A stretch of 64,000 nt of DNA from Poseidonia sp. (GCA_016778305.1 JADHPT010000001.1:64320-128319), one strand, 5' to 3'. Shown: positions 41,587 through 51,705, numbered from the stretch's first letter. The notes: generated from the sequence alone by a model not told the origin. A program made the numbers and translations.

Positions 41587-44008
41587 AGGGTGGCTTCTCG
41601 ATGTCCACGAGAATGATACGGCAACTGGCATGGTAGCCTGGTTGGTTGACCAACAAGGCAAGGCGCGTGCATGCCATCTTGATTGGACTCCAAAGCTACA
41701 TGTTCACGGAACATCTTCTGCGCTTGAACGCCTTGAACACTGGCTCCAGCAACCCGAAATTACGCAACGTTTCAGCATCGGAGAATTCGGTTTGTGTCGT
41801 GCTCAACTGACCCTCGGGCACAGCGATGTACACGATGTCCTTGAGGTGGAAGTGATGTGTTCACGCCTTCTTCGTGGCCTTGCTCAACACATTGAATCCC
41901 GCGGAGATTTTCATGCATATTCGCTTTATTCTGTAGACGCCCATCATGCGCAACGATTCCTCAATGAGCACGAATGCGTGCCGTTTCAATTCGTGACCTT
42001 TGAAGACGGGCGCCTCCAACCTGCCGTTGATTCACCTGAAACAGGAACTTTCCCAGGTTTTTCAGTCATTCAATTGGACCTCCAGCTTGAATCAACTGGA
42101 GGGCTTGTATCTAAATTGGACCCGATTCAGAGTCTCTCCCTGTCTTCGTTGCACGAACAAGGCTTCGCTGCTTCTCCCAACGTTGACAAAAAGGTTCACC
42201 TTCACCGTTCATCGTTTCCATCAATGGTCGAATATCTCTCGGCCTTTCAAGAGCAGATTGACATTCTTGACCCCGATATCATCGTGACAAGAGGCGGAGA
42301 TCAGCGAATCTTCCCCTGCCTTGAACACCACGCATCTCTGCATGGACTTCAATTGCGACTGGGGCGAAGCGACGAGGGACTTTGTCGTTCAACCAAAGAA
42401 CGAACCGTTCACTCCTACGGACAAACATTGCACAAGCATGGGGCGTATTTTACGAAGGGGCGACTTCATTTGGATTTCGCTAACAGTTTTATCGTTCGCG
42501 AAGGTGGACTTGCTGGTTTGTTTGAACTTGCTCAACATTCACGTCAATCGGCCCAAATCATCTCCAGACTCTCTCCGGGTTCGGTTATCAGCGCCATACA
42601 AATGCGCGTGGCGATGGATGACGGGGTGTTGGTCCCGTGGAAGAAGAACCGGCCCGAAGATACAAAAACAGCTCTTGAATTGCTGCATGCTGATCGAGGA
42701 GGTCTTTACCTTGACAGCCAGGCAGGTGTGCATTCATCCGTCATTGAACTTGATTTTGCAAGCCTTTTCCCGAGCATCATTGCAACGAGGAATATTTCTC
42801 CAGAGACACTCAATTGCTCGTGTTGCCAGCCGCCTGAACATCCGAATGCCACTGGATATGTCCCACTTGATCCGGGTGAAGCCCATACCGAATTTCTGCA
42901 TCGTCGCCTTCGAACCGAATTTGGGCACGGAATGTTCCCGCTCCCGAACGATAAGTCACTGGGCGTACCGGGGCTCAACAGCCATACATGTGGGCGCCAT
43001 CAAGGCTTTCTTGGTCGCGTTGTTTCACCGATTATTGAACGCAGACGGCAATTGAAACAACAACGTGTCGAGAAGGGGGATGCCTTTGATTTACGTCAAA
43101 ATGCATTGAAATGGCTTCTCGTGACTTGTTTTGGTTATACGGGATACCGTAATGCCCGTTTCGGAAGGATCGAGGCTCATGAAGCCATATGTGCTTGGTC
43201 TCGTGACATTCTCCTGACGACGATTGAGATGGCGCATGAAGACGGGTGGGAGGTCCTTCACGCCATTGTGGACTGTGTCTGGTTAACCGATCGGAACGGA
43301 CGCTCGAAAGAGGAGCAAATCAAGGCAGCAAAGGACTTCGCTCATCGTGTTACGAACCATATTGGGATACCTTTGGAATATGAACAGTATTACGAATTTA
43401 TCGCATTTTTACCGAGCAGGATGCACGGTGCGGGTTCACTCACAAAATACTGGGCTTTTGACGGTACGGAATACAAAGTGCGCGGGATTGAATTGCGTCA
43501 ACATTCAACACCGCCTTGGATACGATCACTTCAACAACGTGCGTTGGATTTGCTTTCTACTGGAACTCGTTCCAACGGCCTCCCCGATGTTTCAACACTG
43601 CAACATGTGCTTCAATTCTATCGCGATGAAGTGGCTCGACTTCATGCGAGAACGATTTCACTGGAGCAAGGTGTCATTGCGCGACGGGTTAGCAAAGAAA
43701 TTGAGGGGTACCGCGTCAAAAACCTCACCTATGCAGCCCTTCTTCGTGCACAACAGCGAGGATGTCGCATACCCCCTGGAGGAACCATTCGTTATGTGGT
43801 AGTGAATCAGGCCGCAACATCTCTTCAAGAGCGAGTTCGGTTGGTAGAAGAAATCAGCGACGTACATCTCTCATGCCAACTATGTACAACGCATTATCAT
43901 TCAATAGCAGCGCGTGCTATTTGGGCTATTCTCGCTCCTTTTGGTTGGACGGAATCCATGATTCAACAATCTGGTCATCAAGTAAGCCTGCTTGATTTCC
44001 AACAATAG
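41576..44008 (+). CDS. family-B DNA polymerase homolog with degenerate exonuclease motifs and a degenerate polymerase motif C (predicted inactivated PolB)
   Basis: Alignable end to end with archaeal PolB. Motif A is retained (LDFASLFPSII). Exo I FDIET is replaced by IQLDLQ, Exo II NGDNFDxxYL by GGDQRIFPCL, and Exo III YxxxD by HSRQS. Motif B KxxxNSxYG is replaced by KWLLVTCFGYTGY, and motif C YGDTDS by IVDCVW. No intein. Confidence 0.75.
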   Translation: MTIEGWLLDVHENDTATGMVAWLVDQQGKARACHLDWTPKLHVHGTSSALERLEHWLQQPEITQRFSIGEFGLCRAQLTLGHSDVHDVLEVEVMCSRLLRGLAQHIESRGDFHAYSLYSVDAHHAQRFLNEHECVPFQFVTFEDGRLQPAVDSPETGTFPGFSVIQLDLQLESTGGLVSKLDPIQSLSLSSLHEQGFAASPNVDKKVHLHRSSFPSMVEYLSAFQEQIDILDPDIIVTRGGDQRIFPCLEHHASLHGLQLRLGRSDEGLCRSTKERTVHSYGQTLHKHGAYFTKGRLHLDFANSFIVREGGLAGLFELAQHSRQSAQIISRLSPGSVISAIQMRVAMDDGVLVPWKKNRPEDTKTALELLHADRGGLYLDSQAGVHSSVIELDFASLFPSIIATRNISPETLNCSCCQPPEHPNATGYVPLDPGEAHTEFLHRRLRTEFGHGMFPLPNDKSLGVPGLNSHTCGRHQGFLGRVVSPIIERRRQLKQQRVEKGDAFDLRQNALKWLLVTCFGYTGYRNARFGRIEAHEAICAWSRDILLTTIEMAHEDGWEVLHAIVDCVWLTDRNGRSKEEQIKAAKDFAHRVTNHIGIPLEYEQYYEFIAFLPSRMHGAGSLTKYWAFDGTEYKVRGIELRQHSTPPWIRSLQQRALDLLSTGTRSNGLPDVSTLQHVLQFYRDEVARLHARTISLEQGVIARRVSKEIEGYRVKNLTYAALLRAQQRGCRIPPGGTIRYVVVNQAATSLQERVRLVEEISDVHLSCQLCTTHYHSIAARAIWAILAPFGWTESMIQQSGHQVSLLDFQQ

Positions 44009-44825
44009 GATCTTCAAGTTGCGAACACATGATCTTCGTATCGGTTGTTCTCATTGGTGTTTGAATTCGAAAACGTGTTTGCTCGTTCTTGGTTGGCATT
44101 GAGAGTGTTCCAAACTGGCCGCTCCGTGGGTGGTAGAGGTGGAGTGTTGCTGTTCTTCCTCTTCGGAGGGTTCGCCCCAGCAGGTGGTTGTGTGCGTGAC
44201 GCCGTATGTAATCGAGACGCCGTTCATGGCGCTTTGATGCTGACGAGGATTCGGTGATGAGAATCACTGCAACTTGCCGTTGATGAGCAATGTTCTCCAG
44301 TAGTTGTACGTGGCGTCTTAGCAATATACGGGATTCCAATGAACCGATGGCATCATCTTCATGCATGGTGAGCAATCCATCAACAACGACGATTGGGGAT
44401 TTGGTGATGGCCAATTCAGATGGTAGACGAGCAAGTTGGCTGTCCAATTGGTGAAGGGTAAAACCCCTGCTAAGGAAAATCCTACTGAGGGACTCGTTTA
44501 TTGGGAGTCCATGTTGCTCAAGAAGTGGAATGAACCGGGCAGGATTCATTCTGCAGGCCCCGTCAATCCAATGAGCCGTTTGCTCATGCTCAATGGCTTG
44601 AACGACCCACTGCTCAACGATGGAGCGCATACGCCCTCCTGAAGCCCCAGGTCCACTGATGTGATAGATTTGTCCAGCCTGCGGTTGAATTTCGTTGAGG
44701 TTGATGGTGGCTGGTTGTTCGACAATGGCGAGATTCTGGTTGGTAGCAAGTATCGGCGTCAGTGTATCCTTCACCATCTCCATCAACTGAATGCAACATC
44801 GGGAGTCGTCGTATCTTTCCAACAC
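43926..44825 (-). CDS. RecA-superfamily RadB/KaiC-like protein with a degenerate Walker A (GPGASGGR instead of GxxxxGKT)
   Basis: Alignable with archaeal RadB: GQIYHISGPGASGGRMRS against GvltqvyGpyasGKTtla; AHWIDGA against aYvDtEG; PIVVVDGLLT against alvvvDSita; VAVILITES against ipvivinq. The Walker A lysine is absent. Its 3' end overlaps the PolB-like gene by 83 nt. Confidence 0.55.
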   Translation of the reverse strand: MLERYDDSRCCIQLMEMVKDTLTPILATNQNLAIVEQPATINLNEIQPQAGQIYHISGPGASGGRMRSIVEQWVVQAIEHEQTAHWIDGACRMNPARFIPLLEQHGLPINESLSRIFLSRGFTLHQLDSQLARLPSELAITKSPIVVVDGLLTMHEDDAIGSLESRILLRRHVQLLENIAHQRQVAVILITESSSASKRHERRLDYIRRHAHNHLLGRTLRRGRTATLHLYHPRSGQFGTLSMPTKNEQTRFRIQTPMRTTDTKIMCSQLEDPIVGNQAGLLDDQIVESWIPSNQKERE

Positions 44826-44884
44826 CCCTTCCTTGAACTGAACCTTGCATCAAGTTCAAACACCTCTGGCGATAGTGCAAGGTC

Positions 44885-46018
44885 GTGCAAACATCAGGCG
44901 ATGCTGGCACTGATTCCACCGAACGAATCATTCTGCATTGCGACCTTGATGCTTTTTTTGCGGCTGTTGAAACATTGCATCACGGCTTGGATGATGCCGT
45001 ACCCTTGGTGATTGGATCGGATCCAAAGCAGGGGAGAGGGAGAGGTATCGTTTCAACATGCAATTACGCAGCGCGAGTCTACGGGATACGTTCTGCAATG
45101 CCCATATCCGAAGCATGGCGCCGATGTCCTGCTGCCCCATTTGGACCGGCACTGTACATTCGTGGAACGCGTGGCCTTTACAGCAGGGCGAGTCGAAAGG
45201 TCATGGACATCTTGCGCGAGAAAACTGATGTCTTTGAACAGGCCAGTATTGACGAAGCCTATTTGGACGTGACAGACCGTGTTGAAGGTGATTGGGACAG
45301 GGCTCTGGCACTAGCGAGAGAGCTCCAACAGAGCATCATGGAAGAATTGAATCTATCAGCATCTTTTGGAATCGGTCCGACCCGAATTATCGCAAAGATG
45401 AGCAGTGAAATTCGCAAACCGCATGGAATTTATCGAGTGATGCCCGATGAGGTTCAGGTCTTTTTCACGGGGCGTAATCTCCGCGAGATACCCGGAATTG
45501 GTCCGAAACGTGCAACGCAATTAGCAGAGTGGGGTTATTCCACTGCGGATGAAGTGCATGAGTTGGGTGAACTTACGCTGGCACGCTTGGCAGGGGAACG
45601 TTTTGCCCATTGGTTCATGGCTTTGTTCGAGGGGGAGAGCAGCAGCACCGTGAGTCCGCTACGGAGTCGGAAGTCAATCGGGAAAGAGCACACGTTCGAG
45701 TCTGATCAAAACGATCATGAAAAAGTCCTTGAATATCTGAAGCAATTGGTTCATACAGTCATGAAAAGGGCCGTTGAATTGGGAGTTTCTGGGCGATTGG
45801 GTGAGGTAAAAATCCGATATACGGGGTTTGAAACGCATACGACCGGACGCAGTATCCCCGTTGCTATGGATGAACTCGATGTATTCCTGCGTTTGGCGAG
45901 TTCATTATTTGCCAATAGCGTGGAATCTGAGGGGACAATCCGATTGATTGGATTCCGTTTAGGTCAACTCGAAGCACCACCTTCTCGTCAGACAGTGCTG
46001 TTTTCCGAGGATGAATAA
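44885..46018 (+). CDS. dinB: Y-family translesion DNA polymerase (DinB/Dpo4-like)
   Basis: LHCDLDAFFAAVE, IDEAYLDVT (catalytic D/E) and the SASFGIGPTR...GIGP HhH region. The N-terminus is possibly over-extended by about 13 aa. Confidence 0.8.
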   Translation: MQTSGDAGTDSTERIILHCDLDAFFAAVETLHHGLDDAVPLVIGSDPKQGRGRGIVSTCNYAARVYGIRSAMPISEAWRRCPAAPFGPALYIRGTRGLYSRASRKVMDILREKTDVFEQASIDEAYLDVTDRVEGDWDRALALARELQQSIMEELNLSASFGIGPTRIIAKMSSEIRKPHGIYRVMPDEVQVFFTGRNLREIPGIGPKRATQLAEWGYSTADEVHELGELTLARLAGERFAHWFMALFEGESSSTVSPLRSRKSIGKEHTFESDQNDHEKVLEYLKQLVHTVMKRAVELGVSGRLGEVKIRYTGFETHTTGRSIPVAMDELDVFLRLASSLFANSVESEGTIRLIGFRLGQLEAPPSRQTVLFSEDE

Positions 46019-46021
46019 CCC

Positions 46022-48523
46022 TCATTCAAGTTGGTGCATCCGCGTGAGCGTGCTCTGGAAGGCAGCTAATTCTTGTGGGATTTCAATTCCTGCAATCGGT
46101 TGATTGAGGGAGATGCCTCGTTCTTTCTTGGTTGCCCAAGTTTGGCTGTTGAATTCCTGGAGGGATGCTGATAGTGCACAGAAACCCTTCGCCTCTTCGC
46201 TCTCCGGGTGGAGTTCAGGAAGTGGGAAGGCTGGGAAGGCATCGACTTCAACAGCGGATGTTTCGTACACGGTACTGCTGATGTGATGGGTGAAGAACGG
46301 GCAGACTGGACTCAATGCAGACATGTAATCTCGAACAATGCGATGGAGTGTCCAAGCTGCTTGGATGTCATCTGCATAGAGGCGGGATTTGACCATCTCA
46401 AGATAGTGACTTGGTAAGAGCCCGGTACCGAATGTCTTCAGTGCTTGTGTTGCGGTGTAGATGTCGAGTGAGGACCACGCTTGTTCAACGGTATTCATGG
46501 TCGATTGGAATTCAGCAAGAATCCAGCGGTCTTCGACAAGAAGGTGATCTGGCTCATCATCAAGGTTTTCAGGTACGTCAAATTGAGATGCAAATCTTGC
46601 TACGTTGAAGAGTTTCGTCAGTACGCCAAAATATTTCTTTTCGATCTCTTCTGGGTTGATTTGGAAATCATCTCCAACTTGTGCATCACATGCTTTCCAG
46701 AGTCTGAAACATTCGCTTCCAATTTTGTTGGCTTGGAGTTTGATGCTACCGTCGGGGCCTTTGACATTCCATGAACCAGTTCGTCCACCGGCACCGCATT
46801 CCAGAACGGAATCTGCATCGATTCCATTGCCTAATGATTTACTCATTTTACGACCCCACGGATCCATTCCGAGTCCGTCAATCCAAACGTGATTAAATCC
46901 GGGTTTATCCAAGAGGAGGGTCGATTTCAGGAGTGTGTAGTAAAGCCATGTTCGGACAATTTCTTTGCCCTGTGGCCGCAATGCAGTAGGGAATGCTTTC
47001 TCAAAGACTTCTGGATGATTTAGGTAGCCACTGACAAAGAGGTTCGAGTTTGAGGAGTCCATCCACGTGTCGAAGACTTTCTCTTCACCCGTTAACGAAC
47101 CGAGCGATGATTTGAGAGCATCGTATGCACCAAGGTCTTCACGAGTATCTCTACTCAATACACGACTACCGCTCGGAGGCGATTCTTTCCAAGGCTGGAC
47201 GTAGGTCCCAGCAGGTGGGACGACGACTCGCTCGTCATCCTCGCTGTACCAAATCGGTATTTCAGTGTGGTACCACCTTCGCCGGCTAATGGGCCAGTCA
47301 ATGCTGATATTGTCCATCCAATCCAGCAAAAATTGGCGGTTGCGCACTGGATGGAATTGAATGTCTTCGATGTGGTCTTTCATTCGGTCTTGAATGTGCG
47401 TCTGCTTGACGTACCATTCCTTTAGGAGAATAATTTCGACTGGGTTTTTTCCACGCTCAGAAACTGGAACATCTTGATCTCTCTCAACTGAATCAACCAA
47501 TCTTCCCTGTTGTTCCAGCAATTCAATGGCTTGCTTTCGTGCTTCCAGCACACTCAAGCCGGAAAGTGGACCTGATAATTCGGTTAATTTCCCCTCAAGG
47601 TCAATCGCCTGGAACGGAGTCAGCCCAAGTTCACGGAATACGGCTACGTCATTTTGGTCACCGAACGAACAAACCATGAGGATGCCAGTTCCAAATTCAG
47701 TTTTCACGGAGGGGTGTGTCATCACGTTTACGTGTGCAGAACGACCATTAACCGGGAGAGGAAGGTGAACTTTTTGTCCAACAAGATGTTTGTATCGTTC
47801 GTCATCCGGGTGCACCACCACCACTCCACATGCACAAATCAATTCCGGACGAGTCGTCGAAATGACCAGTTCTGTTCCATCTTCACAAGTCCACCGAATA
47901 TCTACCAATTTAGTTTTCCGAGGAAGCCGCTCAACTTCTGCGTCCGCAATGGTCGTTCCTTCAACTGGATCGTAGATATTGGGCCGTAAGTCTTCAATGA
48001 TGTCGCCTTTCTTGAACAGTTCGATGAATATGGATTGGGTAACACTCCGATAGTCAGGAGCATCGGTGAGGTATTCTCGTGAAAAGTCGCATGAAAGGCC
48101 AACGCGCTTTGCGGTCTGACGCATGGCCCGGGTGAATTCCTCAATGGTCGTTTTGCACAACTCAAGAAATTCTTCACGATCATAGGTTTTCATTTTGCGC
48201 TTCGTATTTCGTTCTACCGTGAACTCGATATTGATGCCGTTTCGGTCAACGCCCCACGGGAAATAGACTTCCTTCCCCAAGAGTCGTTGGCTTCGTGCAA
48301 TCACGTCAATCATTGAGTATTGAGCGACCGCACCAATATGCCACGTCCCTGAGGGATAAGGTGGTGGGGTGTCAATGACGAAGATTTCCTTTCCCGAATC
48401 AGGTTGAAAACCATAGCGCTGAGCGTATATTCCACCGTTCTCATAGTGGGCTTCTTGGATGGATTTCTCGAGGTCAATCGACCATCTTTTTTCTGGTAAT
48501 TTTGGGGCTGGCATGTGCCTCAC
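46022..48523 (-). CDS. valS: valyl-tRNA synthetase (class I)
   Basis: IDTPPPYPSGTWHIGAV (HIGH region; the archaeal ValRS is IDTPPPYPTGALHLGH), FPWGVDRNG, and KMSKSLGN. 833 aa. Confidence 0.8.
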   Translation of the reverse strand: MRHMPAPKLPEKRWSIDLEKSIQEAHYENGGIYAQRYGFQPDSGKEIFVIDTPPPYPSGTWHIGAVAQYSMIDVIARSQRLLGKEVYFPWGVDRNGINIEFTVERNTKRKMKTYDREEFLELCKTTIEEFTRAMRQTAKRVGLSCDFSREYLTDAPDYRSVTQSIFIELFKKGDIIEDLRPNIYDPVEGTTIADAEVERLPRKTKLVDIRWTCEDGTELVISTTRPELICACGVVVVHPDDERYKHLVGQKVHLPLPVNGRSAHVNVMTHPSVKTEFGTGILMVCSFGDQNDVAVFRELGLTPFQAIDLEGKLTELSGPLSGLSVLEARKQAIELLEQQGRLVDSVERDQDVPVSERGKNPVEIILLKEWYVKQTHIQDRMKDHIEDIQFHPVRNRQFLLDWMDNISIDWPISRRRWYHTEIPIWYSEDDERVVVPPAGTYVQPWKESPPSGSRVLSRDTREDLGAYDALKSSLGSLTGEEKVFDTWMDSSNSNLFVSGYLNHPEVFEKAFPTALRPQGKEIVRTWLYYTLLKSTLLLDKPGFNHVWIDGLGMDPWGRKMSKSLGNGIDADSVLECGAGGRTGSWNVKGPDGSIKLQANKIGSECFRLWKACDAQVGDDFQINPEEIEKKYFGVLTKLFNVARFASQFDVPENLDDEPDHLLVEDRWILAEFQSTMNTVEQAWSSLDIYTATQALKTFGTGLLPSHYLEMVKSRLYADDIQAAWTLHRIVRDYMSALSPVCPFFTHHISSTVYETSAVEVDAFPAFPLPELHPESEEAKGFCALSASLQEFNSQTWATKKERGISLNQPIAGIEIPQELAAFQSTLTRMHQLE

Positions 48524-48681
48524 CTGGCCCCGCCTCGGTCATTGAGGTGGGTCCAGTTGGTGGGAAGTGGGTCACCATTTCAATCCCTCGCATTCGAATT
48601 CGTCAAATGCTGTCATATCGTTGTGCACAAAGTGGGTAAGGCTTTGAATGAGGCCCACCTCCCGTGAGTTGAGGTGATGAG

Positions 48682-51600
48682 TTGTCAACAGCAGACGAAT
48701 CTTCATCTTCCCCATCAGGACCGGTTGAATCCCCCGGAAACAAGCGAATTGATTCCATTGCAAAGTCCTCTCGTCAAATCCGTGAACAGCTTGCAGGCCA
48801 AATCAAAACTCTTGACTCCAAACGTGCTATTGATGCTGTGCTTGATGCACCAAAGCGTATGAAGAGGGAATGGGAAAAGACGGGCGCTACGGGTGCCATC
48901 ACGAAATTTCCGATTCCCACTATTTTGGTATTTTTACTCCTCACAGTTTATTTTGTAACTCAATCAGGTTTTCTCGACGACACTCAATTTGATGATGACC
49001 CTGAAAATCCAGCCCTCAACGTGAACGGGGATATGGAAGTTTATTTGCCAGATGGTAGCAAAGTCGCTGAACTGATCAGCAAAGTTGAGGAAGATTGGTC
49101 AACCAATGTCATGGTCGTCTACATTGAATCTTCAAAGCAGAATATTACGCAGCAACGAATTCTTCAAGAAATTAGTTATGTTGAAAATATCCTCAATCCT
49201 TACCTTTCAGATGACTCAGACGACGTCATCTATATCTTATCTCTCTCTACGGTACTCAAAGAAGTTAATTCAAGCGCTCCACGAATTCGTGAAGCAATCG
49301 TAACTGAGATCGGAGAACTCGGATGCGCTAACCAGAATGATGATTGTGCCTCTCGCTCCCTTGCAGAGGAAGTCAACGATGCCTTTGCGCTCACTGACGA
49401 AGAACTCGGAGGCTCATATGAGGTCCCAAGTCAAACGACCATTGACCTTGTGATTGGCGAGATGTATGAGGAAGACGGTTCTCCATCTTCTGGTTTGGAC
49501 AAATTGGCCAGGGATATTGAAGGTGGTGAAGACGGAGGACCTGACGGTATTCTTGACCGAGCCATCATGGCCATCGCAGTCACCGAATCAAGACCAGCAA
49601 AGGACATCATTGAAGATACTCAGGAAATGTTGGATACCATTTCGAAGATGGAACGCCCGTGTGAATTCACGGAAAACGGTGATCCAGCAGACAACCGAGT
49701 GTGCGATTGGGAAGAACTCGGATTATCCATGGTGTTAACTGGACCCGTTCCTATCACCAACGCAGTGACTGAATTCTCATTCAGACTCTTTTGGGAAATT
49801 TTCCCGATGGCTGTTCTTTTGGTCGCCATCGGATTGTTCATTTTCCACTCTGATTTACTCCAAACAGGATTGACAGGTATGCGCCCACTGCAAGGGTTCA
49901 AGGTATTGGTGATTGCAGGCCTACCGACGTTATGTGCGGTCTTTTGGACGCTTGGGATACTGGGGGCGACGAATTATGAAGTCACGATGACAGTCATCAT
50001 TGTCGGACCTATTTTACTCGCGTTGGGGGTATCATATGGACTGCATATTACCAATCGTTACGCAGAGGAAGAAGGAACACGCGATGAGAAAATGCGTGCA
50101 TCCCTTTCATCGACTGGCCGTGCAGTTTTCCTGTCAGCAGTGACAACCGTCATTGGTTTTATTTCGCTTGTGTTTACGCCAATGGCGCCCATACAAACAG
50201 TTGGCATTGCCCTCTCAGGTGGTATTGTGGTGGTCTATTTCCTCACGATGTTCATGGTGCCAAACCTCACACTCATCCTCGACCTCAAAAAGCCAAAACA
50301 TCCCCCGCTCAAGGCTTTTGATGTTCTCGTAGAAGTACCTTTAAGATACAACAAAGGGGTCATCGGCGTCTTCCTCCTACTGATCCTTGTTTCGGCCACA
50401 GTGGGCCAAGCGAATGTGGAAGAGAACATCGATCTTCTCGGAATGGCTCCCGAAGGTGAATCCTCGGTTGTCAAGATGAAACAGTACTCTCAAGAGTTTG
50501 AGGCAGGACAAGTTGGCATGGTTCTCGTCAATGCAAATGTAAGCGGTGACAGCAATGACAACGATAACACCAATGATGATCCTGTAGAATTATTGACCCA
50601 AATCAATACATTGGAAGCATCACTCAATAATATTGAAAATACAACAGCAGTTTCCGTTGTCTTTTTGATGAAATCCTCAGGTATTCAGGTGACTGTTTCG
50701 GGTGAACAATTCAACGAGTTCATCCAACAGGTGCCTTGTGCTGGCTCAGAACAATGTGAGGATGTGAAGACAACAGCCGAAGTCCTTCTGAATCAAAGCC
50801 AATCCATAGATGGTTCCTTTTGGGACCTGTTAACACGGCCTGGTGACTTCGGTTTGCCGGGGTCCCAACAAAGCGAAATTTTCTTGCTTGATGTGTTTTA
50901 TGCATCGCTTACCAAGGAAACACGTGAAATCTTCATCAGTAGCGATTACAGTCGCTCTTTGATTTATGTTGACATGCCCTTTATCCCAGTCGCTGATACT
51001 TCAAAAAGTGTGGATCTCGTCAACGAACGAACGTCAAGCTTCACCGGCCTTCACGGGGAAACTGCGGAAGATTTGACAGGTGTTGCTGCAACGGCCATTG
51101 AAGTAAACGAATTGATCGTTGGCTCTCAGTGGACCTCACTTGGTTTCGCAATTATCCTCACGCTCATTACCTTGGCCGTTGTGTTCAGAGACATCCGGTA
51201 CTCCATCTGGACGACATCGCCTGTGATTGCCACGGTTGCTCTCCAATGGCTCGTCATGTGGCAAATGGATGTTCCACTCTCCCTAGTTACAGTGATGATT
51301 GGTTCGATTCTCGTTGGAGTTGGCGTTGACTTCTCAATTCACATTGCCAATCGCATTCGTGAACTTGGTGGAGGTATTGATGCAATACGAAGCGCTGCTG
51401 TTGGAACGGGCATGTCCTTGTTTGAAGCAGCGGTGGTCACTTCCCTTGGAATGTTCACTGCTTACAATATCCCAATCCCGGAAATCCAGCCATTTATCAC
51501 CGTCATTCTCATTCTTCTTTGGGTCGCTGCAGCAAGTGCGTTGATCCTCCTCCCTGCTATTTTTGTAACGCTGGAAAAAATGGGCATTGGTGCTGTAAGC

Positions 51601-51705
51601 GGATCGAATTCGATGGCGAAGAAACTAGGTCTTGTTCGCCAAGTGAATGAAACAGACGACATCATGGACGCCGCATTGGTTGACGACATTGTTGATGCAT
51701 GGTGA
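48682..51705 (+). CDS. RND-superfamily exporter (MMPL/COG1033-like; two large extracytoplasmic loops each followed by a TM bundle)
   Basis: Duplicated topology: TM1, a large acidic loop and a TM bundle, then a second loop and bundle containing GVDFSIHIANR. GAGGTGA Shine-Dalgarno motif immediately upstream. Confidence 0.65.
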   Translation: MSTADESSSSPSGPVESPGNKRIDSIAKSSRQIREQLAGQIKTLDSKRAIDAVLDAPKRMKREWEKTGATGAITKFPIPTILVFLLLTVYFVTQSGFLDDTQFDDDPENPALNVNGDMEVYLPDGSKVAELISKVEEDWSTNVMVVYIESSKQNITQQRILQEISYVENILNPYLSDDSDDVIYILSLSTVLKEVNSSAPRIREAIVTEIGELGCANQNDDCASRSLAEEVNDAFALTDEELGGSYEVPSQTTIDLVIGEMYEEDGSPSSGLDKLARDIEGGEDGGPDGILDRAIMAIAVTESRPAKDIIEDTQEMLDTISKMERPCEFTENGDPADNRVCDWEELGLSMVLTGPVPITNAVTEFSFRLFWEIFPMAVLLVAIGLFIFHSDLLQTGLTGMRPLQGFKVLVIAGLPTLCAVFWTLGILGATNYEVTMTVIIVGPILLALGVSYGLHITNRYAEEEGTRDEKMRASLSSTGRAVFLSAVTTVIGFISLVFTPMAPIQTVGIALSGGIVVVYFLTMFMVPNLTLILDLKKPKHPPLKAFDVLVEVPLRYNKGVIGVFLLLILVSATVGQANVEENIDLLGMAPEGESSVVKMKQYSQEFEAGQVGMVLVNANVSGDSNDNDNTNDDPVELLTQINTLEASLNNIENTTAVSVVFLMKSSGIQVTVSGEQFNEFIQQVPCAGSEQCEDVKTTAEVLLNQSQSIDGSFWDLLTRPGDFGLPGSQQSEIFLLDVFYASLTKETREIFISSDYSRSLIYVDMPFIPVADTSKSVDLVNERTSSFTGLHGETAEDLTGVAATAIEVNELIVGSQWTSLGFAIILTLITLAVVFRDIRYSIWTTSPVIATVALQWLVMWQMDVPLSLVTVMIGSILVGVGVDFSIHIANRIRELGGGIDAIRSAAVGTGMSLFEAAVVTSLGMFTAYNIPIPEIQPFITVILILLWVAAASALILLPAIFVTLEKMGIGAVSGSNSMAKKLGLVRQVNETDDIMDAALVDDIVDAW

